DNA of 43,665 nt from a virus (Duplodnaviria; Caudoviricetes): the IMG/VR virus record IMGVR_UViG_3300010226_000010, positions 1-43,665 of that record; one strand, 5' to 3'. The notes under the pieces were generated by a model, which was given only the letters and a program-made list of their open reading frames with translations, did not search any database and was not told where the DNA came from. Positions within the stretch are counted from its first letter, which is position 1; each line of letters opens with the position of its first letter. Below, piece by piece: positions 1-7,803 of this stretch. The position numbers and the translations under genes are program-made.

Positions 1-127
1 TGGTCTCCTGCTTGGGCCAGCACTTTCCTTCCTCGTCAGCATAGTTCGCGAGGCAAAGCAGCACGACCTTGCCGGCGGCCGATCCTGTCTTCTGGTCAAT
101 AGCCCATGCTACAGCCTGAATGCTCAT
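1..127 (-). CDS. Phage replication initiator, N-terminal part (HTH_36-like); continues at 43665
   Basis: ATG at 127 overlaps the DnaB stop; reads MSIQAVAWAIDQKTGSAAGKVVLLCLANYADEEGKCWPKQET, a typical start of phage wHTH initiators; open to base 1. Confidence 0.85.
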   Translation of the reverse strand, partial: MSIQAVAWAIDQKTGSAAGKVVLLCLANYADEEGKCWPKQET

Positions 128-1554
128 GCTCGCGCTCCGTTCCTGATTGCCGCGCAACCCATGTCCGCGAACAGATCGACGGTCGCCAGCGGGCCGTTGC
201 GCTGCTTGGCGATGATCAGTTCAAGCTTGTTCTGGCAGTCGGTCAGCCTTTCGGCGCGCTCCAACTCTTTCTCGTGACCGCCGCCCTTTTCGCGTTCCAA
301 GTAGTAGGCTTCGCGGTACAGGAACATGATCGTGTCCGCGTCCTGCTCTATGGCGCCGGAGTCGCGAAGGTCCGAAAGCTGCGGGCGCTTGTTGTCCCTG
401 CCTTCGACCGCGCGATTGAGCTGGGAGAGCAGGACGACGGCGATGTCGTATTCCCGCGCCAGTCCCTTGAGCAACCCGGTCATTTCCGTGATCTCATGGA
501 CACGGTTGCCCGAGTATCGCGACGATGCCCGGATCAGGCCAAGGTGATCGATGAACAGCGCGCCGAGCGGCGTTCCCGCCTGCTGGCACTGCTCCATCAT
601 GATTTCGGTCTTGACGCGAATGTCTGTGATCGAGAGGCCGGACTGGTCCTCGATCATGAGAGGCAGACCGCGCATGTTTTCCGTGGCCGCTTCAAGGGCG
701 GACAGTGCCTGGTCATCGACCTTGCCGCGAATGATGTCGGCGTAGGGAATCTTCAACCCGCGATCAAAAGCCAAGTCAGATATGCCGCGCGCCGCGAGCT
801 TGTCGGCATCCATTTCCAGGGAGATGAACCCGACGCCGACCTTTGAGCCGGCGGCATTCAAGCCGACCGACAGACCCAGCGTCGTCTTGCCCATCGAGGG
901 GCGAGCGCCGATCAAGGTCAGGTCACGGCGCTGGATGCCGCCAGTGAGGCGGTTTACATCCGTGAGGCCCCATGTGATGCCGGTAAGCCCTGCCCCACGT
1001 TGACGGGCCTGCTCTGCCGCCGAGAAGGCGTTTCCTGCTGCTTCCGCGAACGCCACGCGCGTCTTGCGCTTTGGTCCGGCCCGAACGTCGGAAGCGATGT
1101 CATCGAACGTGCGCCCGCAGGACGTGATAAGCTGCATGGGGTCGCTGTTCGGGTCCGCTGCGGCTTCCGCCAGCAACTTCGCCTCAGCGGCGATCCTAAG
1201 CCTCCCTGCTTGCTCAACGACCTTGCGGGCGCTGCGCTCGAGGAAGCGACCACCGGAAATGCAGCCCGCTACAAGATTGGCGAGGTAGGCGGACATGCTG
1301 ATGTCCAGCCGCGCCTCCCATGCCCGCCGATCTTCCTCCGGTATCAGCTTGTAGATGACCGGAGGCGTGACCGAGCCGAAGCGCTCGAATGCCGTCTGGA
1401 AATAGCCGAACAGGAAGGCATGGACCGGCTCAACGAAATGATCGGCGCGAACGATTCCGATGATGCGAGGGAGTTCGCCGGACTGCATGATTGAGCCGAG
1501 CAGGTCTTGCTCTATCTCGACCACGAAGCTCTCGGGTTTCGGCATCTCGCTCAT
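124..1554 (-). CDS. dnaB: Replicative DNA helicase DnaB-like
   Basis: Walker A GARPSMGKT, FISLEM, IDHLGL, LLSQLNR, LSDLRDSGAIEQDAD, IIAKQRNG. Confidence 0.97.
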   Translation of the reverse strand: MSEMPKPESFVVEIEQDLLGSIMQSGELPRIIGIVRADHFVEPVHAFLFGYFQTAFERFGSVTPPVIYKLIPEEDRRAWEARLDISMSAYLANLVAGCISGGRFLERSARKVVEQAGRLRIAAEAKLLAEAAADPNSDPMQLITSCGRTFDDIASDVRAGPKRKTRVAFAEAAGNAFSAAEQARQRGAGLTGITWGLTDVNRLTGGIQRRDLTLIGARPSMGKTTLGLSVGLNAAGSKVGVGFISLEMDADKLAARGISDLAFDRGLKIPYADIIRGKVDDQALSALEAATENMRGLPLMIEDQSGLSITDIRVKTEIMMEQCQQAGTPLGALFIDHLGLIRASSRYSGNRVHEITEMTGLLKGLAREYDIAVVLLSQLNRAVEGRDNKRPQLSDLRDSGAIEQDADTIMFLYREAYYLEREKGGGHEKELERAERLTDCQNKLELIIAKQRNGPLATVDLFADMGCAAIRNGARA

Positions 1555-1985
1555 GCCGCGCCTCGCTGTTGTGTCGGGATCGCGGCGAACACGCGCGCCA
1601 GGACATCACCGAAGGCGTCCCAAGTATCTGACGCCTGCTGCACGATGACGGTGCAAGGTTCGCCTTCGTCGGTCCACTCGACAAAATGCGAACGCACGAC
1701 GCCGTTGCTGTCGTCTGGAATGACGCCATGTGCTACAAGTAGATCGATGACGGCTTTCGCGTAATTGTCGCTATCGCGCCGCCTCCGGTCGGGAGAGACA
1801 AGGCGGATGAATAGCCGCACCGGGCCATCGAACGAAGGAACCGACTGGCGATTGAGAAGCAGACCAGCATGGTCACGCCAAGCCTTGTATTCGGGCGATA
1901 TGTCGCCTTTCCAGCGCCCGCCACGATACAGACCATGCACAGAAGGCGGGAACGGAAGATCAACGCGGGCTGTGCGCGACTGCAT
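1551..1985 (-). CDS. rusA: RusA-family Holliday junction resolvase
   Basis: LPFPPSV, RRRDSDNYAKAVIDLL..G.IPDDS acidic motif. Confidence 0.9.
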   Translation of the reverse strand: MQSRTARVDLPFPPSVHGLYRGGRWKGDISPEYKAWRDHAGLLLNRQSVPSFDGPVRLFIRLVSPDRRRRDSDNYAKAVIDLLVAHGVIPDDSNGVVRSHFVEWTDEGEPCTVIVQQASDTWDAFGDVLARVFAAIPTQQRGAA

Positions 1986-1988
1986 TCC

Positions 1989-2123
1989 CTAAAGCCCCCA
2001 CCAAGCAAGCAGCCCGCACGCGATAGCGACGGCTACGAGAGCGGCGATGAACAGAGCATCGTCGTATTCATCGTCTGGTTCGGGATCAGGCCCGCGAAGC
2101 TCGTCGGAGAAGTCGTGTTCCAT
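1989..2123 (-). CDS. 44-aa small membrane protein (below ORF-track cutoff)
   Basis: MEHDFSDELRGPDPEPDDEYDDALFIAALVAVAIACGLLAWWGL; start coupled to the upstream stop (TGATG), fills the gap. Confidence 0.65.
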   Translation of the reverse strand: MEHDFSDELRGPDPEPDDEYDDALFIAALVAVAIACGLLAWWGL

Positions 2124-2776
2124 CACGCGGCCTCCATGCTTTGGAGAGAGACGGAGCGGGCCATGCGGATGAGCAGGTCGCGGAAGAGTTCCGGCGTGTG
2201 AATGCGAGGCGTGCTGTTCTGCCCGCCACCGCGCGACCCAACTTCGCCTAAACGTTTGGCGCGTTTCAGGCCCATGCGCTCGACAACAGCCGGATCCAGT
2301 CTAGGTTCTCCTATGCCCCAATCCAGTTCCGGCAACTCGCAACGATATGCTAGCAGTAGAGTCGGCTTTCGGGCGTAGTGGCCGTATCGGCCCTGCTCGA
2401 CACAGCTGGTCCAGCCGCCATAGAAGTCAGCCATTATCCATCCGCCTTCGCGTGGTGGTTTATTCAACCCGAAATGAGGCCATGCGTGGCTACCCCAAGG
2501 ATGCTCAAGAACGCCGCCCCATTTGCGGACGGCAGCGAGGGCGGCTGCAAAGCATCCGCCGTCGTCGCCCTTGATTTTCCGTTCACCGGTACGCTTGATC
2601 CAGAGCGGCTGGCCGGCCCACAGCTTGCCCCACCGCTGGCATGGGCTGTGGCAGATGACCGGATACGGCCCGGCGTACTTGCGCGCGTCCCTGGCCTCAT
2701 CCCACGGATCGACGCCGGGTAATCCATAATAGGCCCCGTCCTTCTCGACATAGAGGGCGGCGACGGTCTGCATCAC
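2123..2776 (-). CDS. Short C5-cytosine DNA methyltransferase-like protein
   Basis: HSPC (motif IV-like), VLEHP (motif VI-like), Q..YGH..RKPT (motif VIII-like); motif I degenerate. Confidence 0.6.
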   Translation of the reverse strand: MMQTVAALYVEKDGAYYGLPGVDPWDEARDARKYAGPYPVICHSPCQRWGKLWAGQPLWIKRTGERKIKGDDGGCFAAALAAVRKWGGVLEHPWGSHAWPHFGLNKPPREGGWIMADFYGGWTSCVEQGRYGHYARKPTLLLAYRCELPELDWGIGEPRLDPAVVERMGLKRAKRLGEVGSRGGGQNSTPRIHTPELFRDLLIRMARSVSLQSMEAA

Positions 2777-3084
2777 GCCTCCAGCCTCTTGAGCGCCTTG
2801 GACTTGCGCGCGGGAGGGTCGATGCCTTCTTCTATCTGCTTCTGTGCAGGCTCGAATGCACCGATGATGATGAGAGCCTGGCGGCGGCGTTCCTGCGCGT
2901 CCGCGATGATCCTGTCCGCGATGCCCACTTCCTCATGGGCCTGTTTCAGCACGGCGTCGGTCGCCGATGCAGCACGGTCCAGAAGCGACGGAGGAAGGGC
3001 CGGCGATGCTTCGATAGCCGCTGCCAGTTCCTCGGTGATAGGATCGCGCTTGCCGCGCCATGGGATGATTTCGGCCAAGCTCAT
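2773..3084 (-). CDS. Hypothetical phage protein
   Basis: RBS-preceded ATG, overlaps the next gene, helical composition. Confidence 0.7.
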   Translation of the reverse strand: MSLAEIIPWRGKRDPITEELAAAIEASPALPPSLLDRAASATDAVLKQAHEEVGIADRIIADAQERRRQALIIIGAFEPAQKQIEEGIDPPARKSKALKRLEA

Positions 3085-3101
3085 TTCAGTCTTCCTCCGC
3101 T

Positions 3102-3518
3102 CTAAAGATCAGCGATGCGCCCAAGCCCGTCAGTCGCCCCCCGCAACGCATCAGCATCCGGCCCGTAGAAATCTGGATCGATTTCCAGAAGGCGCGCAGC
3201 AAGGACCGCCGCGCGGCGTTGCGCGATGAAGGCTTCGTGTTTTGCACGGCTCAGGCTTTCTTGATTGTGGCGCTCGACGGCTTCGCGGACTGCATCCGCA
3301 ATGTCGGCGGGAACGCGCTTGATTTTCTTCCACCGCAGCCGCTCGACCACGGTATGGGACAGACGCGCCGCGCGCGCCGCCCGGTTGACCTGCTCGAGCG
3401 CCGAGCCATTCCCGCCCAGCACCCGAACGGCAGACGCCATTTCGGAAACAATCAACTCGCTACGCATTTCCGTCTCGCGCCGTGAGATTTCCCGGTCGCG
3501 CCCTGTGTTTTCCGCCAT
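3102..3518 (-). CDS. CII-like / HTH transcription regulator (putative)
   Basis: Downstream of cro; AARAARLSHTVVERLRWKK resembles an HTH; AAGGA RBS. Confidence 0.55.
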   Translation of the reverse strand: MAENTGRDREISRRETEMRSELIVSEMASAVRVLGGNGSALEQVNRAARAARLSHTVVERLRWKKIKRVPADIADAVREAVERHNQESLSRAKHEAFIAQRRAAVLAARLLEIDPDFYGPDADALRGATDGLGRIADL

Positions 3519-3529
3519 TTGGAAATTTC

Positions 3530-4060
3530 CTTTCGCTAGCTTCGTGGCGTTCGAAGCAAGCGACTAAGCCGGTCGAACCGGCGGAAAGGTTGAAGTGGAA
3601 CGACTGTTCGATGGTCCGGCGCGACGTGTCCTGGCAGACTGTAGGCGCGCTATGGACGAGAACAGGGAAGCGAGTTCGGGCGGCTCGATAAACGCGCCCG
3701 AGAAATTGAAAGAGCCGGAAGGGAGCGCCCAACGCACTCGACCTTCCGGCAATCACCGCAGCGGGGAGGGGTTCGCTGCGGACCACGCTGCCGGCAGCGA
3801 CAGCGCGATGGAATGCGGGCCGGGTTACAGTGCTATCGAAAGTGACGGGGAAAGCCCCCGGTCCTTTTTCCAGTCCACCGATGCGCCGGCCCGCGTAACC
3901 GACGCGGATTCGAACCAGTGGAGCTTTCACGACGATCAGGTGATGAGGGCCACCGTGATCGACGCGCGCCGGTTGTTCAGAATGGGCGGCGGGAATGTCC
4001 CTGCATCCGTCGCCTGCGGGCCGGGAGCTACGATCCTCGCGTATCCCGGCCCGCGTTTCC
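3530..4060. ncRNA. Hairpin-dense putative structured RNA in the early leftward transcript
   Basis: About ten stem-loops by eye, e.g. GCCGGAAGG/CCTTCCGGC (3714-3750), CGCAGCG/CGCTGCG (3757-3780), GCGGGCCGGGA/TCCCGGCCCGC (4016-4054); GGTTCGAATCC T-loop-like motif on the minus strand. Confidence 0.45.
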
Positions 4061-4085
4061 ATGTCCGCCGCATGGGTTGAGAGGG

Positions 4086-4700
4086 TCATGCAGCCCTCGC
4101 CTGCACAGTTTCATCGAGGAAGGCAGGCAGACTCCGGTCCGTCATATGCGGATCGAAAAACCATTCTCCTGAAATGCGAAGATCGGACCAGTTCTTGTGC
4201 CACCAATGCTCATCGGCCAGCGTGCCGACGCGGCTTTCTCCATGGCGCAGTTCGATCCTAGCCTTTATCTTGCTCTCGATATCATCAAGGCGCTCGCGCA
4301 CACGGCGCGAAAAGCCGATCTTCACGACATGGGGATGGCTGACGCACCGGGCGAAATACAGATGCCCTACGTTCCAAGCTTGCATCGGCCCTACGTCGAG
4401 CAGTGGCTTGGCGACGATATGCTTGTAGCCCCAATCCCATGCGAGCGCCGCATCAAGGCCAAGCCGCCTAATCTTCCCCAGTCGGTATCCTGCGCCGCCA
4501 CGGGTGCATCCGGTGATGCGGTCAACGACAGGAAATGTCCGTTCATTGAGGAAGGTCTTCACCTCCCCGCCTCTCGTGGTCTGCTTGTAGCTGGCGCGGT
4601 CAAAGCAGTATTCCCAACGCTCCTTTGCAGGCGTGATCTTCTCCGCAAACGCGGCGGCGCTATCGGCAAGTTCGGCTTCAGAGTACGGAACGGACGCCAT
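4086..4700 (-). CDS. T5orf172/MUG113 (GIY-YIG-like) domain protein
   Basis: LYFA...VKIGFSRRVRERL...E..WH...RISGEWF. Confidence 0.8.
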   Translation of the reverse strand: MASVPYSEAELADSAAAFAEKITPAKERWEYCFDRASYKQTTRGGEVKTFLNERTFPVVDRITGCTRGGAGYRLGKIRRLGLDAALAWDWGYKHIVAKPLLDVGPMQAWNVGHLYFARCVSHPHVVKIGFSRRVRERLDDIESKIKARIELRHGESRVGTLADEHWWHKNWSDLRISGEWFFDPHMTDRSLPAFLDETVQARAA

Positions 4701-4793
4701 CTACCTCGCCCTCCACATGAAGAGCGCGCCGATAGCCATGCCGGCGAAGAAATAGATGATGTCAGGCCAGGTGAGGAATCCGAGGTCGGTCAT
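4701..4793 (-). CDS. 30-aa membrane peptide (below ORF-track cutoff)
   Basis: MTDLGFLTWPDIIYFFAGMAIGALFMWRAR; ATGA overlap with the cro stop, ends adjacent to the next ATG. Confidence 0.6.
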   Translation of the reverse strand: MTDLGFLTWPDIIYFFAGMAIGALFMWRAR

Positions 4794-5023
4794 GCCGCTG
4801 TCTCCGGGGAGGACGAGGCGCGAGCGGGCTTTGCGACAACCAGCCGCTCAAGCGTCACACCAGCGATCCGCCGACGCTTGGCGCCTTCCAAAACAGCCGA
4901 CCAATAGTCAGGAGGGATGGAGGCACGTCTCCGCATGGCCTTCGCCGTACCGTATGCAACCGACAGGTCAGCCGCGAAGTCAGAGAGCGACGGCCAGAGA
5001 TTTATGATTTCATCGTGCGTCAT
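4790..5023 (-). CDS. cro: Cro-like repressor
   Basis: 77 aa, FAADLSVAYGTAKAMRRRASIPP; divergent from the repressor. Confidence 0.8.
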   Translation of the reverse strand: MTHDEIINLWPSLSDFAADLSVAYGTAKAMRRRASIPPDYWSAVLEGAKRRRIAGVTLERLVVAKPARASSSPETAA

Positions 5024-5031
5024 AGCTCGAC

Positions 5032-5108
5032 AAGGTACAAATCATACCCGCTTATGTCAAGCGACAAGGATATGATTTGTACCCTGAGGCTCGGGTATTT
5101 TTCATACC
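5032..5108. promoter_or_regulatory. Genetic switch: leftward promoter (TTGACA-17-TACCTT) and three operators GGTA-N7-TACC
   Basis: Operators at 5034-5048, 5069-5083 (GATA variant) and 5094-5108; -35 at 5060-5055 and -10 at 5037-5032 on the minus strand. Confidence 0.85.
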
Positions 5109-5552
5109 ATGGCTAGCGATGAAGAAAAATTCGACAAGCAGCAACGCGCGGAGCGCCTGAAAGTGGCTCGAATACGCGCAGGCCTGTCAGGGCCGAAAGC
5201 CGTTTACGATGCGTCTGAAGGCGCAATCGACATCAACCTTTACAAAGGTCACGAGTCTGGCCGGAACGGTTTCTCGGTGAGCGAGGGGCGGCGCTACGCT
5301 GACCTGTTTGGTGTTCCTATGACTTGGCTGTATCTCGGCATTGGTACGGAACGAGATGCCGACTTGCCGGGCGCTACGCCTGAGTTACGTCGAGCCTTCG
5401 CTGGCGTTGTTGGGGCGCCAGAGGCGATCCAGACGACAGTGATCAATTTCGTCAATTTCCAGCTAAAAAATCCCGCGCGATTGCAATCAGGCCGATCTCC
5501 GGTTCAAATTGAATCCGCCAATCTCCCCCCTGAGAAAGAGCCAGCAAGGTAG
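5109..5552 (+). CDS. CI-like XRE/HTH repressor lacking an S24 autopeptidase domain
   Basis: RLKVARIRAG...YKGHESGRNG...YADLFGVPMTWLYLG; only 147 aa. Confidence 0.85.
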   Translation: MASDEEKFDKQQRAERLKVARIRAGLSGPKAVYDASEGAIDINLYKGHESGRNGFSVSEGRRYADLFGVPMTWLYLGIGTERDADLPGATPELRRAFAGVVGAPEAIQTTVINFVNFQLKNPARLQSGRSPVQIESANLPPEKEPAR

Positions 5553-5703
5553 CGGCTTCTGCTATTTTCCGTTTCGCAGCCATAACCGGATCGACCGGCG
5601 GCCCTGCTCCAGCCGCATCCCGCAGCTTCGCAACGATTTCGTGATTTTTCGACGGATAGCGCCTGATCTGATGCTTGATGCCCAATTTTGTCTCCCAAGC
5701 CAA
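5452..5703 (-). CDS. Small protein convergent with and overlapping the repressor; candidate SOS-controlled antirepressor
   Basis: 83 aa, TTG start; upstream TTGACT abuts a LexA box; function is inference. Confidence 0.55.
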   Translation of the reverse strand: MAWETKLGIKHQIRRYPSKNHEIVAKLRDAAGAGPPVDPVMAAKRKIAEAATLLALSQGGDWRIQFEPEIGLIAIARDFLAGN

Positions 5704-5737
5704 AGCCTAGGAAAATACTCCTTCGCCCAAGAGTCAA

Positions 5738-5752
5738 GAACGAATGGGGAAC
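5738..5752. promoter_or_regulatory. Alphaproteobacterial LexA (SOS) box
   Basis: GAAC-GAATGGG-GAAC = GTTC-N7-GTTC on the minus strand, intergenic. Confidence 0.75.
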
Positions 5753-5797
5753 ATGGTTGCCGCTTGAGACGGGAGGGGAAAGGTGCTTGGATCGGGC

Positions 5798-5983
5798 ATG
5801 CCGAAGAAGGTCCAAACCGACTGGGAGAAAGCAGCTCGGGCGCTTTGCCGACATGCCGGCCAGCCCGAGAATACCCTGATGAACGGTCGCCCTATGTGGA
5901 TGAGCTACCTTGGCGAGGCAAAGGCCGTGCTGGTGGCGATAGGACGGTTCGATGAGCCGGACGAGCCGGAGGGGAATGCGTAG
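5798..5983 (+). CDS. Hypothetical phage protein
   Basis: MPKKVQTDWEKAARALC...PMWMSYL; purine-rich sequence upstream. Confidence 0.6.
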   Translation: MPKKVQTDWEKAARALCRHAGQPENTLMNGRPMWMSYLGEAKAVLVAIGRFDEPDEPEGNA

Positions 5984-6030
5984 GGCGCGATCACATTTTC
6001 GCGCCGGAACAAATCACCTCTTGTTAAGTT

Positions 6031-6046
6031 GTAGCCTGTAGGCTAC
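6031..6046. promoter_or_regulatory. Palindromic TA operator
   Basis: GTAGCCT-GT-AGGCTAC directly before the toxin ATG. Confidence 0.7.
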
Positions 6047-6054
6047 GTAATCGC

Positions 6055-6351
6055 ATGATCGATGTTCGCAAGACAGACGAATATCTCGAATGGTTCGACA
6101 GCTTAAAATCGCCGCAGGTCCGCGCCAAAGTCATGGTTCGGATAAGGCGTCTTTCGCTTGGTAATCCGGGGGATGTTGAGCCTGTCGGAGAGGGTGTCAG
6201 CGAGCTTCGTATCCACTACGGCCCAGGATATCGGGTCTATTTTGCTCGTAAAGGAAACACCGTCGTCATTCTGCTAGGCGGCGGGGACAAGAGTACGCAG
6301 AAGGAGGATATAGCTGCGGCCAAGGCTTTGGCTCGCCAGCTAAAGGAGTAA
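6055..6351 (+). CDS. Type II toxin, RelE/ParE superfamily (addiction module killer protein)
   Basis: GNPGDVEPVGEGVSELRIHYGPGYRVYF...LLGGGDKSTQKEDI. Confidence 0.95.
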   Translation: MIDVRKTDEYLEWFDSLKSPQVRAKVMVRIRRLSLGNPGDVEPVGEGVSELRIHYGPGYRVYFARKGNTVVILLGGGDKSTQKEDIAAAKALARQLKE

Positions 6352-6356
6352 ATACC

Positions 6357-6671
6357 ATGGCAATAAGAACAACCGCATGGGACGCATCCGAACACCTCGA
6401 TGACGAGGAAATGATTTTCGCCTATATGAACGCCGCATTCGAAGATGGCGACCCCGCGCTAGTCACGGCGGCACTCGGTGACATCGCCCGCGCTCGCGGG
6501 ATGACACAAATCGCCAAGGTAGCCGGCGTGTCTCGCGAGAGCCTTTACAGGGCTCTAAGCACAGACGGGAATCCCGAGTTCGGCACTATCATGAAAGTGA
6601 TGAGAGCGATGGGGCTGCAATTATCAATTGAACCAGCCCCAAAACAGCCGGATGAATGCGAGCCCGCCTAA
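6357..6671 (+). CDS. Addiction module antidote protein (HTH, HI1420/HigA-like)
   Basis: WDASEHL...ALGDIARARGMTQIAKVAGVSRESLYRALSTDGNPEFGTI. Confidence 0.95.
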   Translation: MAIRTTAWDASEHLDDEEMIFAYMNAAFEDGDPALVTAALGDIARARGMTQIAKVAGVSRESLYRALSTDGNPEFGTIMKVMRAMGLQLSIEPAPKQPDECEPA

Positions 6672-6691
6672 TCTCCCTCTCCCAGCGATAA

Positions 6692-6720
6692 ACGAAGCCG
6701 CCTTCGGGCGGCTTTTTCGT
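6692..6720 (+). terminator. Rho-independent terminator
   Basis: AAGCCGCC-TTCG-GGCGGCTT followed by TTT. Confidence 0.85.
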
Positions 6721-6729
6721 GTCCTCCCC

Positions 6730-6756
6730 AACCCCGGCTCACCACCGGGGTTTTTT
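6730..6756 (+). terminator. Second tandem terminator
   Basis: AACCCCGG-loop-CCGGGGTT plus T run. Confidence 0.75.
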
Positions 6757-6812
6757 GTTGCCTGCGATACCTTGGCTGTGGTGAGATCAGCACGGGTTTA
6801 AGGGAGGGAAGT

Positions 6813-7097
6813 ATGGCAAACTCGTCCGGCCGCACGAGCGAGGCCGAGATCGCTGACGTTGTGGTGTCGATACTCAAGCAAACACCTGGCGGGCAAGCCA
6901 GCTACGCCGATCTGGTCCGGGAGATACCGAAACACATCAAACTGACGCCTGCCGACTTGGCTCAGTCGAAGTCGCGCCCAAATGAGGCCGTATGGGAGCA
7001 GCGTTTGCGGAACATTACGTCGCACAAGAACGCCGAGGGGAACTTCATTTGCGAGGGTACTCTGAAAGAGATTCCCGGCGGCCTTGCGTTGGCGTAA
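6813..7097 (+). CDS. Stand-alone winged-helix protein resembling Mrr/restriction-enzyme N-terminal domains
   Basis: GG.AS...L...I...LTPADL..S.SRPNE..WEQRLRNI pattern; GGGAGG RBS. Confidence 0.6.
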   Translation: MANSSGRTSEAEIADVVVSILKQTPGGQASYADLVREIPKHIKLTPADLAQSKSRPNEAVWEQRLRNITSHKNAEGNFICEGTLKEIPGGLALA

Positions 7098-7110
7098 CGC
7101 AACACGCCGG

Positions 7111-7725
7111 CTATCGGTAGTCCCCTGCCCGCTCCAGATCGCGCCGGCAGGGCGGCACCCATGCCAGCCGTGGAGCGCCGGCATCATTCATCCGCCAGAT
7201 GAACCAGGCATAGCCGGTGGCGGTTGACGCCTTCGGATCGACGCGCCCCTTGACCATGGGGACGCGCTCGGAAAACTGAGCGAAGATCGACGGCGGCTGC
7301 TCGCTGAAAATGTTCTCATAGCGCCCGACGCTTTCGAGGAAGACGGTGCGGGCGAGGATCGCAACGCCCTTTCTGGCCACGACAAGCGCACGCTCGATAA
7401 ATTCCTCCGCCAATCGGAACGGCGGGTTGGTGATGACCCAATCGTGCGATTTCGCCTCATAGGGATAGGTCAGGAAGTCGCGCACGGGGCCGAAGCCGTA
7501 ATGATAGGCGTCGGCGGCGTCGACCTTGCCGAAGTATTCCGCCAGCGGCTTCGCCATGTACCCGCGACCGCAGGCCGGCTCCAGGCACGATAGGGCGCGC
7601 ACGTTATCCGCGCCTATCAAATGCTCAATGAGCGCCCTCGTCGCCCACGGCGGCGTCGGGAAGTCGTCCGGGCTGTCAGCGGCTTCGTGCCGCTGCGCCA
7701 TGACCGCATGTGACGTGTTCTGCAT
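7111..7725 (-). CDS. Orphan DNA adenine (N6) methyltransferase
   Basis: FPTPPW (motif X), LEPACGRG (motif I), ITNPPF (motif IV); start taken at MQNTSH. Confidence 0.9.
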   Translation of the reverse strand: MQNTSHAVMAQRHEAADSPDDFPTPPWATRALIEHLIGADNVRALSCLEPACGRGYMAKPLAEYFGKVDAADAYHYGFGPVRDFLTYPYEAKSHDWVITNPPFRLAEEFIERALVVARKGVAILARTVFLESVGRYENIFSEQPPSIFAQFSERVPMVKGRVDPKASTATGYAWFIWRMNDAGAPRLAWVPPCRRDLERAGDYR

Positions 7726-7803
7726 GGGCTGATCCTGCGCCAGGAACCTTGCCTGAGCGTTACCCCTGATTCGCACATCGCGGGCGCGGTGTCAAAAATA
7801 AAA

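Noticed and set aside
3933-3961. Hammerhead ribozyme (GTGATGAG)
   Set aside because: Core needs CUGANGA plus a correctly placed GAAA; neither is satisfied
3880-3965. Intact tRNA around GGTTCGAATCC
   Set aside because: No T-stem, acceptor stem or cloverleaf could be built
3460-4089. 209-aa minus-strand ORF as a real gene
   Set aside because: Start is coupled to the upstream stop, but the product has no recognisable motif and crosses a hairpin array; left uncalled rather than excluded
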